From the NCBI GenBank assembly GCA_000091165.1, contig FP565575.1:2040001-2072000 (forward strand): 32,000 bases of DNA. The letters are read 5' to 3'. The notes beneath the pieces were generated by a model that saw nothing but the letters and a program-made list of their open reading frames with translations, had not been told where the DNA came from and did no database searches. Below are positions 9,986 to 18,084 of this stretch, piece after piece (position 1 is the first letter of the stretch; the number at the start of each line of letters is the position of its first letter). Source of the stretch: Candidatus Methylomirabilis oxygeniifera. Lineage in GTDB: Bacteria; Methylomirabilota; Methylomirabilia; Methylomirabilales; Methylomirabilaceae. Both the position numbers and the translations under genes were made by a program.

Positions 9986-10756
9986 CTACACACGCGCCTG
10001 CTGGGTCAGGCCGGCTTCCGCTTTGATCCAATCATACCCTTTTGCCTCGAGCTCATGCGCCAGATCCCGCCCCCCTGACTTGACGATCCGTCCCTCAAAG
10101 AGCACATGGACGAAGTCGGGAGTAATGTAGTTCAGCAACCGTTGGTAATGGGTAATCAGGATCATGGAACGATCCGGACTTCTGAGCGCATCAATACCCT
10201 TTGCCACGATCCTCAAGGCATCGATATCCAGGCCGGAGTCCGTCTCATCCAAAATCGCCAACTTCGGATCGAGCACGGCCATCTGGAAGATCTCATTTCG
10301 CTTCTTCTCCCCGCCTGAGAAGCCTTCGTTGAGCGAACGATTCAGGAGGCCCTGGTCCAGCTCGACAAGTTTCATCTTTTCCTTAATCAGGTTGAGGAAG
10401 TCGATGGCATCGAGCTCTTCAAGACCGCAGTGCTTTCGTACGGCATTGACGGCCGCCTTCAAGAAGTAACTTGTGTTCACCCCGGGGATCTCGACAGGAT
10501 ATTGGAAGGACAGAAACACCCCCTCGCGAGCGCGCACTTCCGGAGGCATCCGAAGCAGGTCCTTCCCCTCGTACACCACTTCACCGGCCGTGACCTCATA
10601 GCCATCCCGACCGGCCAGTACGTGGGCCAACGTACTCTTACCCGAGCCGTTAGGACCCATGACGGCATGGACCTCGCCATGCCCCACTACCAGATCTACT
10701 CCGCGCAGGATTTCTGCGCCTCCTACCTTCACGTGCAGATTTGTAATTGTGAGCAT
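9986..10756 (-). CDS. sufC: Fe-S cluster assembly ATPase SufC
   Basis: GPNGSGKSTLAHVLAGR Walker A, LNEGFSGGEKKRNEIFQM signature, LAILDETDSGLDIDAL Walker B. Confidence 0.96.
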   Translation of the reverse strand: MLTITNLHVKVGGAEILRGVDLVVGHGEVHAVMGPNGSGKSTLAHVLAGRDGYEVTAGEVVYEGKDLLRMPPEVRAREGVFLSFQYPVEIPGVNTSYFLKAAVNAVRKHCGLEELDAIDFLNLIKEKMKLVELDQGLLNRSLNEGFSGGEKKRNEIFQMAVLDPKLAILDETDSGLDIDALRIVAKGIDALRSPDRSMILITHYQRLLNYITPDFVHVLFEGRIVKSGGRDLAHELEAKGYDWIKAEAGLTQQARV

Positions 10757-10770
10757 ACACCATGACTATT

Positions 10771-10875
10771 GTCATTGCGAGTGACTGAAGGAGCGAAGCA
10801 ATCCAGCCGTTCTTGAAACCGGGAGGTTTACTCCAAGGGCCGAGATTGCTTCGTCGCCCTGCTCCTCGCAATGAC
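10771..10875. repeat. GTCATTGCGAG-type interspersed inverted-repeat element, copy 1
   Basis: Left end GTCATTGCGAGTGACTGAAGGAGCGAAGCAATC and right end GATTGCTTCGTCGCCCTGCTCCTCGCAATGAC are imperfect inverted repeats; related copy at 15066-15174. Confidence 0.8.
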
Positions 10876-10886
10876 CAATGAGAAGG

Positions 10887-12389
10887 TTACCCGACGCTCC
10901 CCTCGAGACTCACACCCAGCAGCTTCTGAGCCTCCACAGCGAACTCCATCGGCAGTTCGCGTAACACCGTCTTACAGAAGCCGTTGACGATCAGATTGAC
11001 GGCATCCTCAGCCGAGATACCGCGTTGCTTGCAATAGAAGAGTTGGTCCTCGCCGATCTTTGAGGTAGAGGCCTCGTGTTCGAGTTGCGAGGAGTCGTTG
11101 TTCACTTCCAGGTACGGGAACGTATGCGCGCCGCACTGATCGCCGAGCAGCAAGGAGTCGCACTGCGAGTAGTTCCTGGCGCCGGTCGCCCCCTTCATGA
11201 TCTTGACCAGTCCCCGATAGCTGTTCTGCCCGTGGCCGGCGGAGATTCCCTTCGAGATGATAGTGCTCCGGGTGTGCTTCCCAAGGTGAATCATCTTGGT
11301 GCCGGTGTCCGCCTGCTGGTAGTGGTTGGTCAGCGCAACCGAGTAGAACTCCCCGGTCGAATCGTCGCCCTGCAGGATGCAACTCGGGTACTTCCAGGTG
11401 ATCGCCGATCCGGTCTCCACCTGCGTCCACGAAATCTTGGCGCGCCTGCCAAGGCACTTGCCCCGCTTGGTGACAAAGTTGTAGATGCCGCCCTTCCCTT
11501 CCTTGTCGCCCGGATACCAGTTCTGGACCGTTGAGTACTTGATCTGGGCGTCGTCGTGGGCGATCAACTCCACCACCGCCGCGTGCAACTGGTTCTCGTC
11601 CCGCATCGGGGCGGTGCAGCCCTCCAGGTAGCTGACATAGGCGCCCTCATCCGCAATGATCAGTGTCCGTTCGAACTGACCCGTCTCGGCGGCATTGATG
11701 CGAAAGTAGGTCGAAAGCTCCATCGGGCAGCGTACACCTTTCGGGATATAGCAGAACGACCCGTCGCTGAAGACGGCGGAGTTCAGCGTGGCGAAGAAGT
11801 TATCGGTGTAGGGCACCACCGACCCAAGGTACTTTCTGATCAGGTCCGGATGGTTCTGCACCGCCTCGGAAAAAGAGCAGAAAATAATCCCGAGTTCGCC
11901 GAGCTTCCCCTTGAACGTCGTAGCAACCGAGACACTGTCGAAGACCGCATCGACCGCGATGCCGCTGAGCCGCTTCCGCTCCGCCAGGGGGATGCCCAGC
12001 TTCTCGAACGTCTCCAGGAGCTTCGGATCGACCTCATCGAGGCTCTTGGGCCCCTCCGTCTTCTGCTTGGGCGCCGCATAGTACCGGATGCCCTGGTAGT
12101 CAATGGGAGGATACTTGACGTTGGCCCACTTCGGCTCCGCCTCTGACTTTTCCAGCTTCGCCCAATGCCGATAGGCCTTCAGGCGCCACTGAAGCATCCA
12201 GTCGGGCTCATGTTTCTTGGCAGAGATGAGACGAACAATCTCCTCGTTCAGTCCGTGAGGGACAGCCTCCTCCTCGATCTCCGTCACAAACCCGTACTTG
12301 TACTCCTGGTTGGTCAGGGCCTCGATCGCTTTTGAACGACTGTTCATAGCATCCACCTGCATTCGTTCTTCTTTAAACTCATGCGACAT
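10887..12389 (-). CDS. sufB: Fe-S cluster assembly protein SufB (start may be internal)
   Basis: [25 protein letters not shown]...[19 protein letters not shown]...[25 protein letters not shown]. Confidence 0.96.
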   Translation of the reverse strand: MSHEFKEERMQVDAMNSRSKAIEALTNQEYKYGFVTEIEEEAVPHGLNEEIVRLISAKKHEPDWMLQWRLKAYRHWAKLEKSEAEPKWANVKYPPIDYQGIRYYAAPKQKTEGPKSLDEVDPKLLETFEKLGIPLAERKRLSGIAVDAVFDSVSVATTFKGKLGELGIIFCSFSEAVQNHPDLIRKYLGSVVPYTDNFFATLNSAVFSDGSFCYIPKGVRCPMELSTYFRINAAETGQFERTLIIADEGAYVSYLEGCTAPMRDENQLHAAVVELIAHDDAQIKYSTVQNWYPGDKEGKGGIYNFVTKRGKCLGRRAKISWTQVETGSAITWKYPSCILQGDDSTGEFYSVALTNHYQQADTGTKMIHLGKHTRSTIISKGISAGHGQNSYRGLVKIMKGATGARNYSQCDSLLLGDQCGAHTFPYLEVNNDSSQLEHEASTSKIGEDQLFYCKQRGISAEDAVNLIVNGFCKTVLRELPMEFAVEAQKLLGVSLEGSVG

Positions 12390-12496
12390 GGTTCCATCAC
12401 CGGTTCTGAGACTTGCGTCCGGCAGGGCCTCTTACCCGCAACGTTTTATACTAGCGCCATCAGCCTCTTTTTTCCACCCCTTTTCCGCGTGGCGCC

Positions 12497-13579
12497 CTAC
12501 CGCATCACCATTACAGGCGCCGTACGGAGCGTATCGGCTGACGCATTGGCAATGCTGATCCTGGCGGCCAGAGCACCCGCTACCTCATGAAACGCCCGCG
12601 CAACAGACGTGTCGGCCGACTCCATAGCCACGGGCCGTCCCTCGTCACTGCTCCGGCGGATGTACGAATCGAGCGGAATTTCACCCAGGAACGGGATCTC
12701 CGCCTTCTCGCTTGCCGCCTTCGCCCCACCATGCCCGAAGATATCCTCGCGGTGGCCGCACTGCGAGCAGGCGTAGTAACTCATATTCTCGACGATCCCC
12801 AGGATCGGCGTCTTGAGCTTGTTGAACATCAAGATGGCCTTGGAGGCCACCTCCAGCGCCACATCCTGGGGAGTCGAGACGATGACGGCACCGGTGAGTG
12901 GAATCGTTTGACACAGGCTCAGTTGGATATCGCCCGTTCCCGGCGGCAGGTCGATCACCAGATAGTCCAACTCTCCCCATTCGACATGGCCTAGGAATTC
13001 CTGGACCATCTTGTGCAACATCGGACCCCGCCAGACCACCGCCTCATTCTTTGGCAGGAAGAACCCCATGGACATGATCTTCACACCATGCATCAGGGGT
13101 GGAATCATCCTCCCCGCTTCCGTCTGCTCCAACGCGCCACCCCCACCCATCAGCTTGGGAATGCACGGGCCGTAGACGTCCGCATCCATCAGTCCGACCC
13201 TGGCGCCCGTCCGCATTAAGGCGACGGCCAGATTTGCCGCCACCGTCGATTTGCCGACCCCTCCTTTGCCGCTCGCGACAGCCACCGTGTTAAGTACCCC
13301 GGACAGGTACGACGGTTGAGGCTCGCGGGAGGTGGTGACACGGGATGTCATGGTGACCTCTACCTGCTCCACACCTGGCAGAGCAGCGACGACTTGTCGG
13401 GCGCCCTCCTCCATCTGCTTCCTGACCGGGCAAGCGGGGGTCGTCAGCTCGATGGCAAATCTCACCTTGCCGCCGTCGATCTGCACGTCCCTGATGAAAC
13501 CAAGCGAGACAATATCGCGATGGAGATCCGGATCCGGGATTTTAGCAAGCGCCTCAAGCACCGCTCGTTCTGTAACCAT
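12497..13579 (-). CDS. mrp: Mrp/ApbC-family Fe-S carrier P-loop ATPase with N-terminal DUF59 domain
   Basis: VASGKGGVGKSTVAANLAVAL deviant Walker A; LIGIVENMSYYACSQCGH CxxC; N-terminal ALAKIPDPDLHRDIVSLGFI. Confidence 0.93.
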   Translation of the reverse strand: MVTERAVLEALAKIPDPDLHRDIVSLGFIRDVQIDGGKVRFAIELTTPACPVRKQMEEGARQVVAALPGVEQVEVTMTSRVTTSREPQPSYLSGVLNTVAVASGKGGVGKSTVAANLAVALMRTGARVGLMDADVYGPCIPKLMGGGGALEQTEAGRMIPPLMHGVKIMSMGFFLPKNEAVVWRGPMLHKMVQEFLGHVEWGELDYLVIDLPPGTGDIQLSLCQTIPLTGAVIVSTPQDVALEVASKAILMFNKLKTPILGIVENMSYYACSQCGHREDIFGHGGAKAASEKAEIPFLGEIPLDSYIRRSSDEGRPVAMESADTSVARAFHEVAGALAARISIANASADTLRTAPVMVMR

Positions 13580-13637
13580 TTCGTTTCTTTGTACTCCCTC
13601 TTCTGCAACTTCACCGGCCTACCCGTCGGCAGACAGG

Positions 13638-13841
13638 TTAAGCGGCTATATCGCTCTGCACCTCTCGCTGGATTTGATCGATCCAGCGTTCCGTACGATC
13701 GCTGGCCGACACTCCCAAGCTCGGCACGTGATCAATATCGGTCGTCGATACGAACTCTCGGACCGTGAAGCCGCAGCGCGAACAGCGCTTATAATAAAAT
13801 TTGTTGTCACCCTCCGCCTGTATCGACCCGACCCGATTCAT
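13638..13841 (-). CDS. Small hypothetical protein with CSRCG motif (start uncertain)
   Basis: ORF 13638..14051; the C-terminal MNRVGSIQAEGDNKFYYKRCSRCGFTVREFV... part looks most protein-like. Confidence 0.35.
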   Translation of the reverse strand: MNRVGSIQAEGDNKFYYKRCSRCGFTVREFVSTTDIDHVPSLGVSASDRTERWIDQIQREVQSDIAA

Positions 13842-14106
13842 ACGGGCCTGACAACACCGGCTCGGAATAGGAGGAGAAATGATCTTATGAGGATAGCTGT
13901 TCCTGGCCTTCTTCTCTGTGGAGTACTCGATAATGCTGACCATCTGACCCTCCCGGGCCGATTGTTCCTCCATCTCACCTCGTGGATCAGCAACGGTCTT
14001 GCTCAGCCTCCAATGACGATACCCATAGGAATGACGATGTAAACTACTCATTTTGCCACTCCAGCTTTCCGAGGTCCCTCTAAAGGAGGGAGCTCATCAA
14101 CTACCC

Positions 14107-14502
14107 TCATGACGATGTTGACGTTGAACCGGTTGTAAACCTCGTCCGTTCGGTCTGCGCCAATCCGGCCAAAAGCGCCTCCGTCGCTCCAGCGGAATCG
14201 GAGGGAAGCGTCACGTACGATATCCCCTTGTGGGAGACGGCCCGCGCATCTATCTGAGGTCTTGTCGACACCGCGACAATCGGCAGCGACGGGGCCAGTT
14301 CCTTGATGGCCGCGAGCATCAGGAGACAATCAAGCCCCGGCGTCTCCAGATCCACGATCAGGAGATCGGCGTCAACAACCTCGGCCACCGCCAGCGTTTG
14401 CAGTCCGCACTCACAGACTGTCAGACGGTACCCGTCTTCGCTGAACGCTCTGGACGCCGCGTCCACCAGATCCTCATTATTTGAACACAGCATGACATGC
14501 AT
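14107..14502 (-). CDS. Stand-alone response-regulator receiver-like protein
   Basis: HVMLCSNNEDLVDAASRAFSEDGYRLTVCECGLQTLAV..DADLLIVDLETPGLDCLLMLAAIKELAPSLPIVAVS resembles the REC fold with central Asp. Confidence 0.6.
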   Translation of the reverse strand: MHVMLCSNNEDLVDAASRAFSEDGYRLTVCECGLQTLAVAEVVDADLLIVDLETPGLDCLLMLAAIKELAPSLPIVAVSTRPQIDARAVSHKGISYVTLPSDSAGATEALLAGLAQTERTRFTTGSTSTSS

Positions 14503-14671
14503 GTTTATCGATCTCTCATCTGATCCGCTAATAACTCATTGATGAAGCAAAGACCGTACCAGTCAAATGGGCCGGAAGAATGGAGGCAGTTTCCCGTCTA
14601 ACTAACTAGAATTGCTGTGACGGTATGAATTGAGGCAAAATTTCCTTGTCATGGGGACCCTTCGAAAGAGC

Positions 14672-14710
14672 AGGAGTTTTTCCGGGGGGGGAGGAGTTTT
14701 TCCGGGGGGG
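14672..14710 (+). repeat. Two-copy direct tandem repeat AGGAGTTTTTCCGGGGGGG, 20-bp period
   Basis: Identical 19-mers at 14672-14690 and 14692-14710. Confidence 0.9.
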
Positions 14711-14926
14711 CGCACTCGTCATCCCCAGCTACGGTACCCCTTTCCTCAGCTTTGGGGTGTGCGACCTCTCCAATGATGGGCGCGGTATCGACCGCAAGCG
14801 GTCCTTACCAATCTCCGGGAAGCTGTCCTGACTCCGAGACCCTCTTTCCCAACGCTTGGGCGATCTGCTCGGCGGATCGGAACCGATCCGCTAGTGTAGT
14901 ACGCCAGAAGTTCCTTTCCTTAGATT

Positions 14927-15017
14927 GTCATTCCGGGCTTGACCCGGAATCCAGTCTTTCCGCGCTGGATTCCCGCTCCCGGCTTACAACGTGCCGGGAC
15001 AAGCTTCGCGGGAATAC
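14927..15017. repeat. GTCATTCCGGGCTTGACCCGGAATCCAG-type interspersed repeat
   Basis: Perfect hairpin ATTCCGGG-CTTGA-CCCGGAAT at 14930-14950 followed by TCTTTCCGCGCTGGATTCCCGCTCCC; right boundary approximate. Confidence 0.65.
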
Positions 15018-15065
15018 CCCATGCGCATGAAAGTCTGCGGCGTGAGACTATCACTCTCTTGGCTC

Positions 15066-15174
15066 GTCATTGCGAGCGACCAACGGGAGCGCGGCAATCT
15101 CACCGTTCTTTCCGGCAGCCACGCTCCCCAACAACTATGAGATTGCTTCAGTCGCGATGCTCCTTCGCAATGAC
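15066..15174. repeat. GTCATTGCGAG-type interspersed inverted-repeat element, copy 2
   Basis: Left GTCATTGCGAGCGACCAACGGGAGCGCGGCAATCTC and right GAGATTGCTTCAGTCGCGATGCTCCTTCGCAATGAC; about 109 bp like copy 1 (105 bp). Confidence 0.8.
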
Positions 15175-15242
15175 CCACGGGCGAGACTCTCTGGGCAATG
15201 ATGGTCTCGAAATCCATGTAAAGAAACGTTGGATACGCTACA

Positions 15243-15329
15243 CGAGATGCCGAAGTCCAGGCCAGCGCAGTCGAACTGGAACAGCTCCCGCAGGAGTATT
15301 TGAAACTCCACCACCGGGGCAGTCACCAT
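15243..15329 (-). pseudogene. N-terminal remnant resembling a large type III/BREX-like adenine DNA methyltransferase
   Basis: Minus-strand MVTAPVVEFQILLRELFQFDCAGLDFGI resembles the N-terminal LLRELFQFDxADLDFGIYRIMN motif, then loses similarity and reads into a repeat. Confidence 0.5.
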
Positions 15330-15424
15330 CTTCCGTCCATATCGATTATTGAACAGCTAACTGTGGAGCTTACCCGGCGCGAGCGAATAACGCAAAGTGG
15401 TCGGGTGCAGCAACTGGTTGGACG

Positions 15425-16054
15425 TCATGCATCATCTGGCATACGCGGCGACGTTGGCTTGCGCACAAGAACCCCGCTCTTGATCTCGAAGTCCCTGAAC
15501 ACAGAGACAGTATCGCTAACAATGGTGTGGAGATGCTTGATGGCGTCGAGAGCATCTTTCTTCGGCTTCTTACCGCGGGCGTGCGCATATCGATTCCGAA
15601 GCTTCCCGAGACTATCAGCCGCTTTTGCCGCCTCCACGCACAACACAGCGGCCTCCCTTAGGAAGTGCACGATGCCTCCGACCTCGACGTGCTCCAATTG
15701 ATCGAGGGCTAGATCAGGAGGAGGCTTCGCGATTCCTCCATTCCGAATTAGCAATATAGCGCGAAACGCGTCTTTAACTATCCGTTCACCAATAATCCCG
15801 CACATCGCCACGCATGAGTAGAAATAGCCGTCCAAGCAGAGCTCCCGTGCCTCGAGTAGCAGCTGCAGGTACTCATTTTGCGGCTTCTGAAGGATGATGG
15901 GCGGAAGGTCCCAGACCCTTTCTGCGGACTGTACAATCTGCGCTTCGAAGCGGTGTCTGAGGATCGCTTGGAAAGCCTTGCGGGTCTCATCATTCTTCGG
16001 CTGATTCGGGAGTAGGTCTAAGAACACGGCACCGGGCAGGCTCTCATCACTCAT
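15425..16054 (-). CDS. HEPN/DUF4145-like hypothetical protein
   Basis: 209 aa, mostly helical; C-terminal LRNRYAHARGKK fits the HEPN R-x4-H motif. Confidence 0.6.
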   Translation of the reverse strand: MSDESLPGAVFLDLLPNQPKNDETRKAFQAILRHRFEAQIVQSAERVWDLPPIILQKPQNEYLQLLLEARELCLDGYFYSCVAMCGIIGERIVKDAFRAILLIRNGGIAKPPPDLALDQLEHVEVGGIVHFLREAAVLCVEAAKAADSLGKLRNRYAHARGKKPKKDALDAIKHLHTIVSDTVSVFRDFEIKSGVLVRKPTSPRMPDDA

Positions 16055-16418
16055 GGCACCCTCCTACTGGACGTCTGCCCACAATTAGACAGACCTGTTT
16101 CATGCCCTAAACACTGCCCCGTCTTGCAGCCTATTGCCTCGGACCTAGATCGAGATACACATCGCATCCATCCGATTCTAAACGGTTTAACATGCATCAC
16201 CGACCCTCCCATCGGCCGACAAGCCGGTCGGCCTGACTGCGAATGGCGCTACGCCTGGTTGAGGATCTGGGTGTCGCTTTTGATCGCGCTGAGATTCCTG
16301 AGACCCAAAGGCCCCTGGACGATCTGGAGGAGGCGCCATCTCCCTGGCCGTGGATGGGCCAACCTTCACCCTCGGTCACTCCCGCACCCTGCCAATGCAA
16401 TACCCTGCACTGACCTGC

Positions 16419-16754
16419 TTATAGTCTGAGGCTCGCCTTATGCGATGACTGGGGCGTTGCTTTACGCTTGGCAGACTTGGCGGGTATCAATGCGATTAAA
16501 GAGCGTAAGGCGACGTTGACAGCGTCCGAGTTAGGAAAATACCGCCGCACATCCGGCTCCAGCATCACCGCGCCATCTTCCAGCGTGAAATATCGAATGC
16601 TTACAGTTCCATCAGCTTGATAAATCTTGACCACATGGCCTTGCCGGTAAGCGCGATAATACCTGCCACGCACACCTTTCTTGCCGCTGAAATCGTATTC
16701 GGGAAGCATATCAGCCTGGTCCACTTCGAGGTGTTTAGTCTTCGCCTTCTTCAT
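16419..16754 (-). CDS. Putative antitoxin partner of BrnT-like toxin
   Basis: MLPEYDFSGKKGVRGRYYRAYRQGH...LEPDVRRYFPNSDAVNVALRSLI matches the antitoxin type often paired with DUF497; overlaps the toxin ORF. Confidence 0.72.
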   Translation of the reverse strand: MKKAKTKHLEVDQADMLPEYDFSGKKGVRGRYYRAYRQGHVVKIYQADGTVSIRYFTLEDGAVMLEPDVRRYFPNSDAVNVALRSLIALIPAKSAKRKATPQSSHKASLRL

Positions 16755-17034
16755 AGGTTCTTCGCTCCGAAGCCGTCGCTTTACGGCAACTGATAATGCG
16801 GATAATCATGGTTCCTTCAGTCGCTTCGCGTTCTGTATGAATGACAAGCAAGATTTTATTGATGGCAGAAGTGCCGATGCTGAGATATCGCTCTTCGCTT
16901 GCCGAATGCTCTTCATCGGGGAAGGTAATCAGGAGTGGGTCATTGAAAACGGTTTTGGCCTCCTCAAAACTGACTTTGTGTTTTCTGAGGTTCTCTCTGG
17001 CCTTGTTTTCGCCCCATTCAAAAAGAAGTTCCAT
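16735..17034 (-). CDS. BrnT-family (DUF497) toxin
   Basis: FEWGENKARENLRKHKVSFEEAKTVFNDPLLITFPDEEHSASEERYLSIGTS...IRIISCRKATASERRTYEE. Confidence 0.88.
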   Translation of the reverse strand: MELLFEWGENKARENLRKHKVSFEEAKTVFNDPLLITFPDEEHSASEERYLSIGTSAINKILLVIHTEREATEGTMIIRIISCRKATASERRTYEEGED

Positions 17035-17175
17035 CGTCTCTGCTCGCAGGTCGTAGGGTAATCCATTCGCTGGTTTTTTTCAACCATACTGACCAGATGC
17101 CGTCAACTTGCAAGCTGCCGCAACTGTGACAAGCGGGCTAACAGCGCTGCGGATCAGCCGCAGGTGAACGCGCGA

Positions 17176-17412
17176 TCAAGCTCGCGTGGACGGCTGTCCG
17201 CTGCATCCGTCGGAATCGGCGGGCGACAGCGTGGCCTTGAAGTTGGTGATGGCCTTGTCCTGGAGCTGGAGGGCAGCCTTGGCCGCATGCAGGATGGCAT
17301 AATACGCGCGGGATACAGCATCGGCATAGAAGCCGTCTCGGCGGCACGGTTGGGCCGCGCCAAGGGCTTCAGCCGCTCGCCTCCACTCACCGATGACAAG
17401 GCTTCTGTTCAT
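17176..17412 (-). pseudogene. HEPN-domain protein, 3' truncated
   Basis: MNRSLVIGEWRRAAEALGAAQPCRRDGFYADAVSRAYYAILHAAKAALQLQDKA then non-HEPN tail and stop at 78 aa. Confidence 0.7.
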
Positions 17413-17740
17413 GCCACCCGCACCCCGTCACGCACGACTGCCCCGTAGAACGGCGAGCCACCGTGCCTTCGCAACGCCCATTCCTCCCGCGTATACACCA
17501 TGATTGATGGGACAACCTCGGACAGGATAGCCAGGCTGTGACCGATATGGCGAACTGCTCGCTTCCGATTCCTATCGCCTTCGCGAAGGATAATCAGCAC
17601 ATCCAGATCGCTGTCCGGTCCGGCATCTCCCCGCGCTTTCGAGCCAAAAATGAGGATGTCGTCAACAGGCCCGGAAACTGTTCGACCAAGGCCTTCCGGT
17701 AGGCGTTCAGCCATACCAGTTCTTCAGAAGTTAGCTTCAT
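17409..17740 (-). pseudogene. MNT-type minimal nucleotidyltransferase, frameshifted near its N-terminus
   Basis: FGSKARGDAGPDSDLDVLI nucleotidyltransferase motif; MKLTSEELVWLNAYRKALVEQFPGL lies in a different frame upstream and would join to VDDILIFGS with one extra base near 17667. Confidence 0.75.
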
Positions 17741-18084
17741 CACTTAACCTTACCTTCAAACGCCTGAGAGGTATCGCAGCTAAAGATGTGGGCAACGTGG
17801 GATACGGCAGGTTCACTGCCAACATTATATGGTTTCCGCCAATTAGGGTCAACGAGTGCTTCAGCATGACACTGAGAGATCGCTTAGGCCACGGGTAGGT
17901 TCCCCGCCTCCAGGTCCTGAGACAGCGAGGCAAGATAGTGATGGCGTTAAGTTCATACCCTCCCGCACATTTGGCCTTGAAGAATACGGCAAAACGTAAG
18001 ATGCTTAGGCAGTGGAATACTGGGAGGTCTTGTGGCGGCACATGGGGGTGCCAACGCTCATTGGGTATCTCACAGGAGGTCAAT

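Noticed and set aside
13332-14042. 236-aa + strand ORF
   Set aside because: Overlaps the mrp N-terminus on the opposite strand and has no coherent domain; likely shadow ORF.
14641-15180. Possible CRISPR array because of clustered repeats
   Set aside because: Only two tandem 20-mers plus unrelated interspersed palindromes; no regular repeat-spacer spacing and no cas genes.
16735-17760. A novel multi-gene defence system made of BrnT, HEPN and nucleotidyltransferase genes
   Set aside because: Each piece is explained by a separate known toxin-antitoxin type, and two of the genes look inactivated; no evidence for a joint system.
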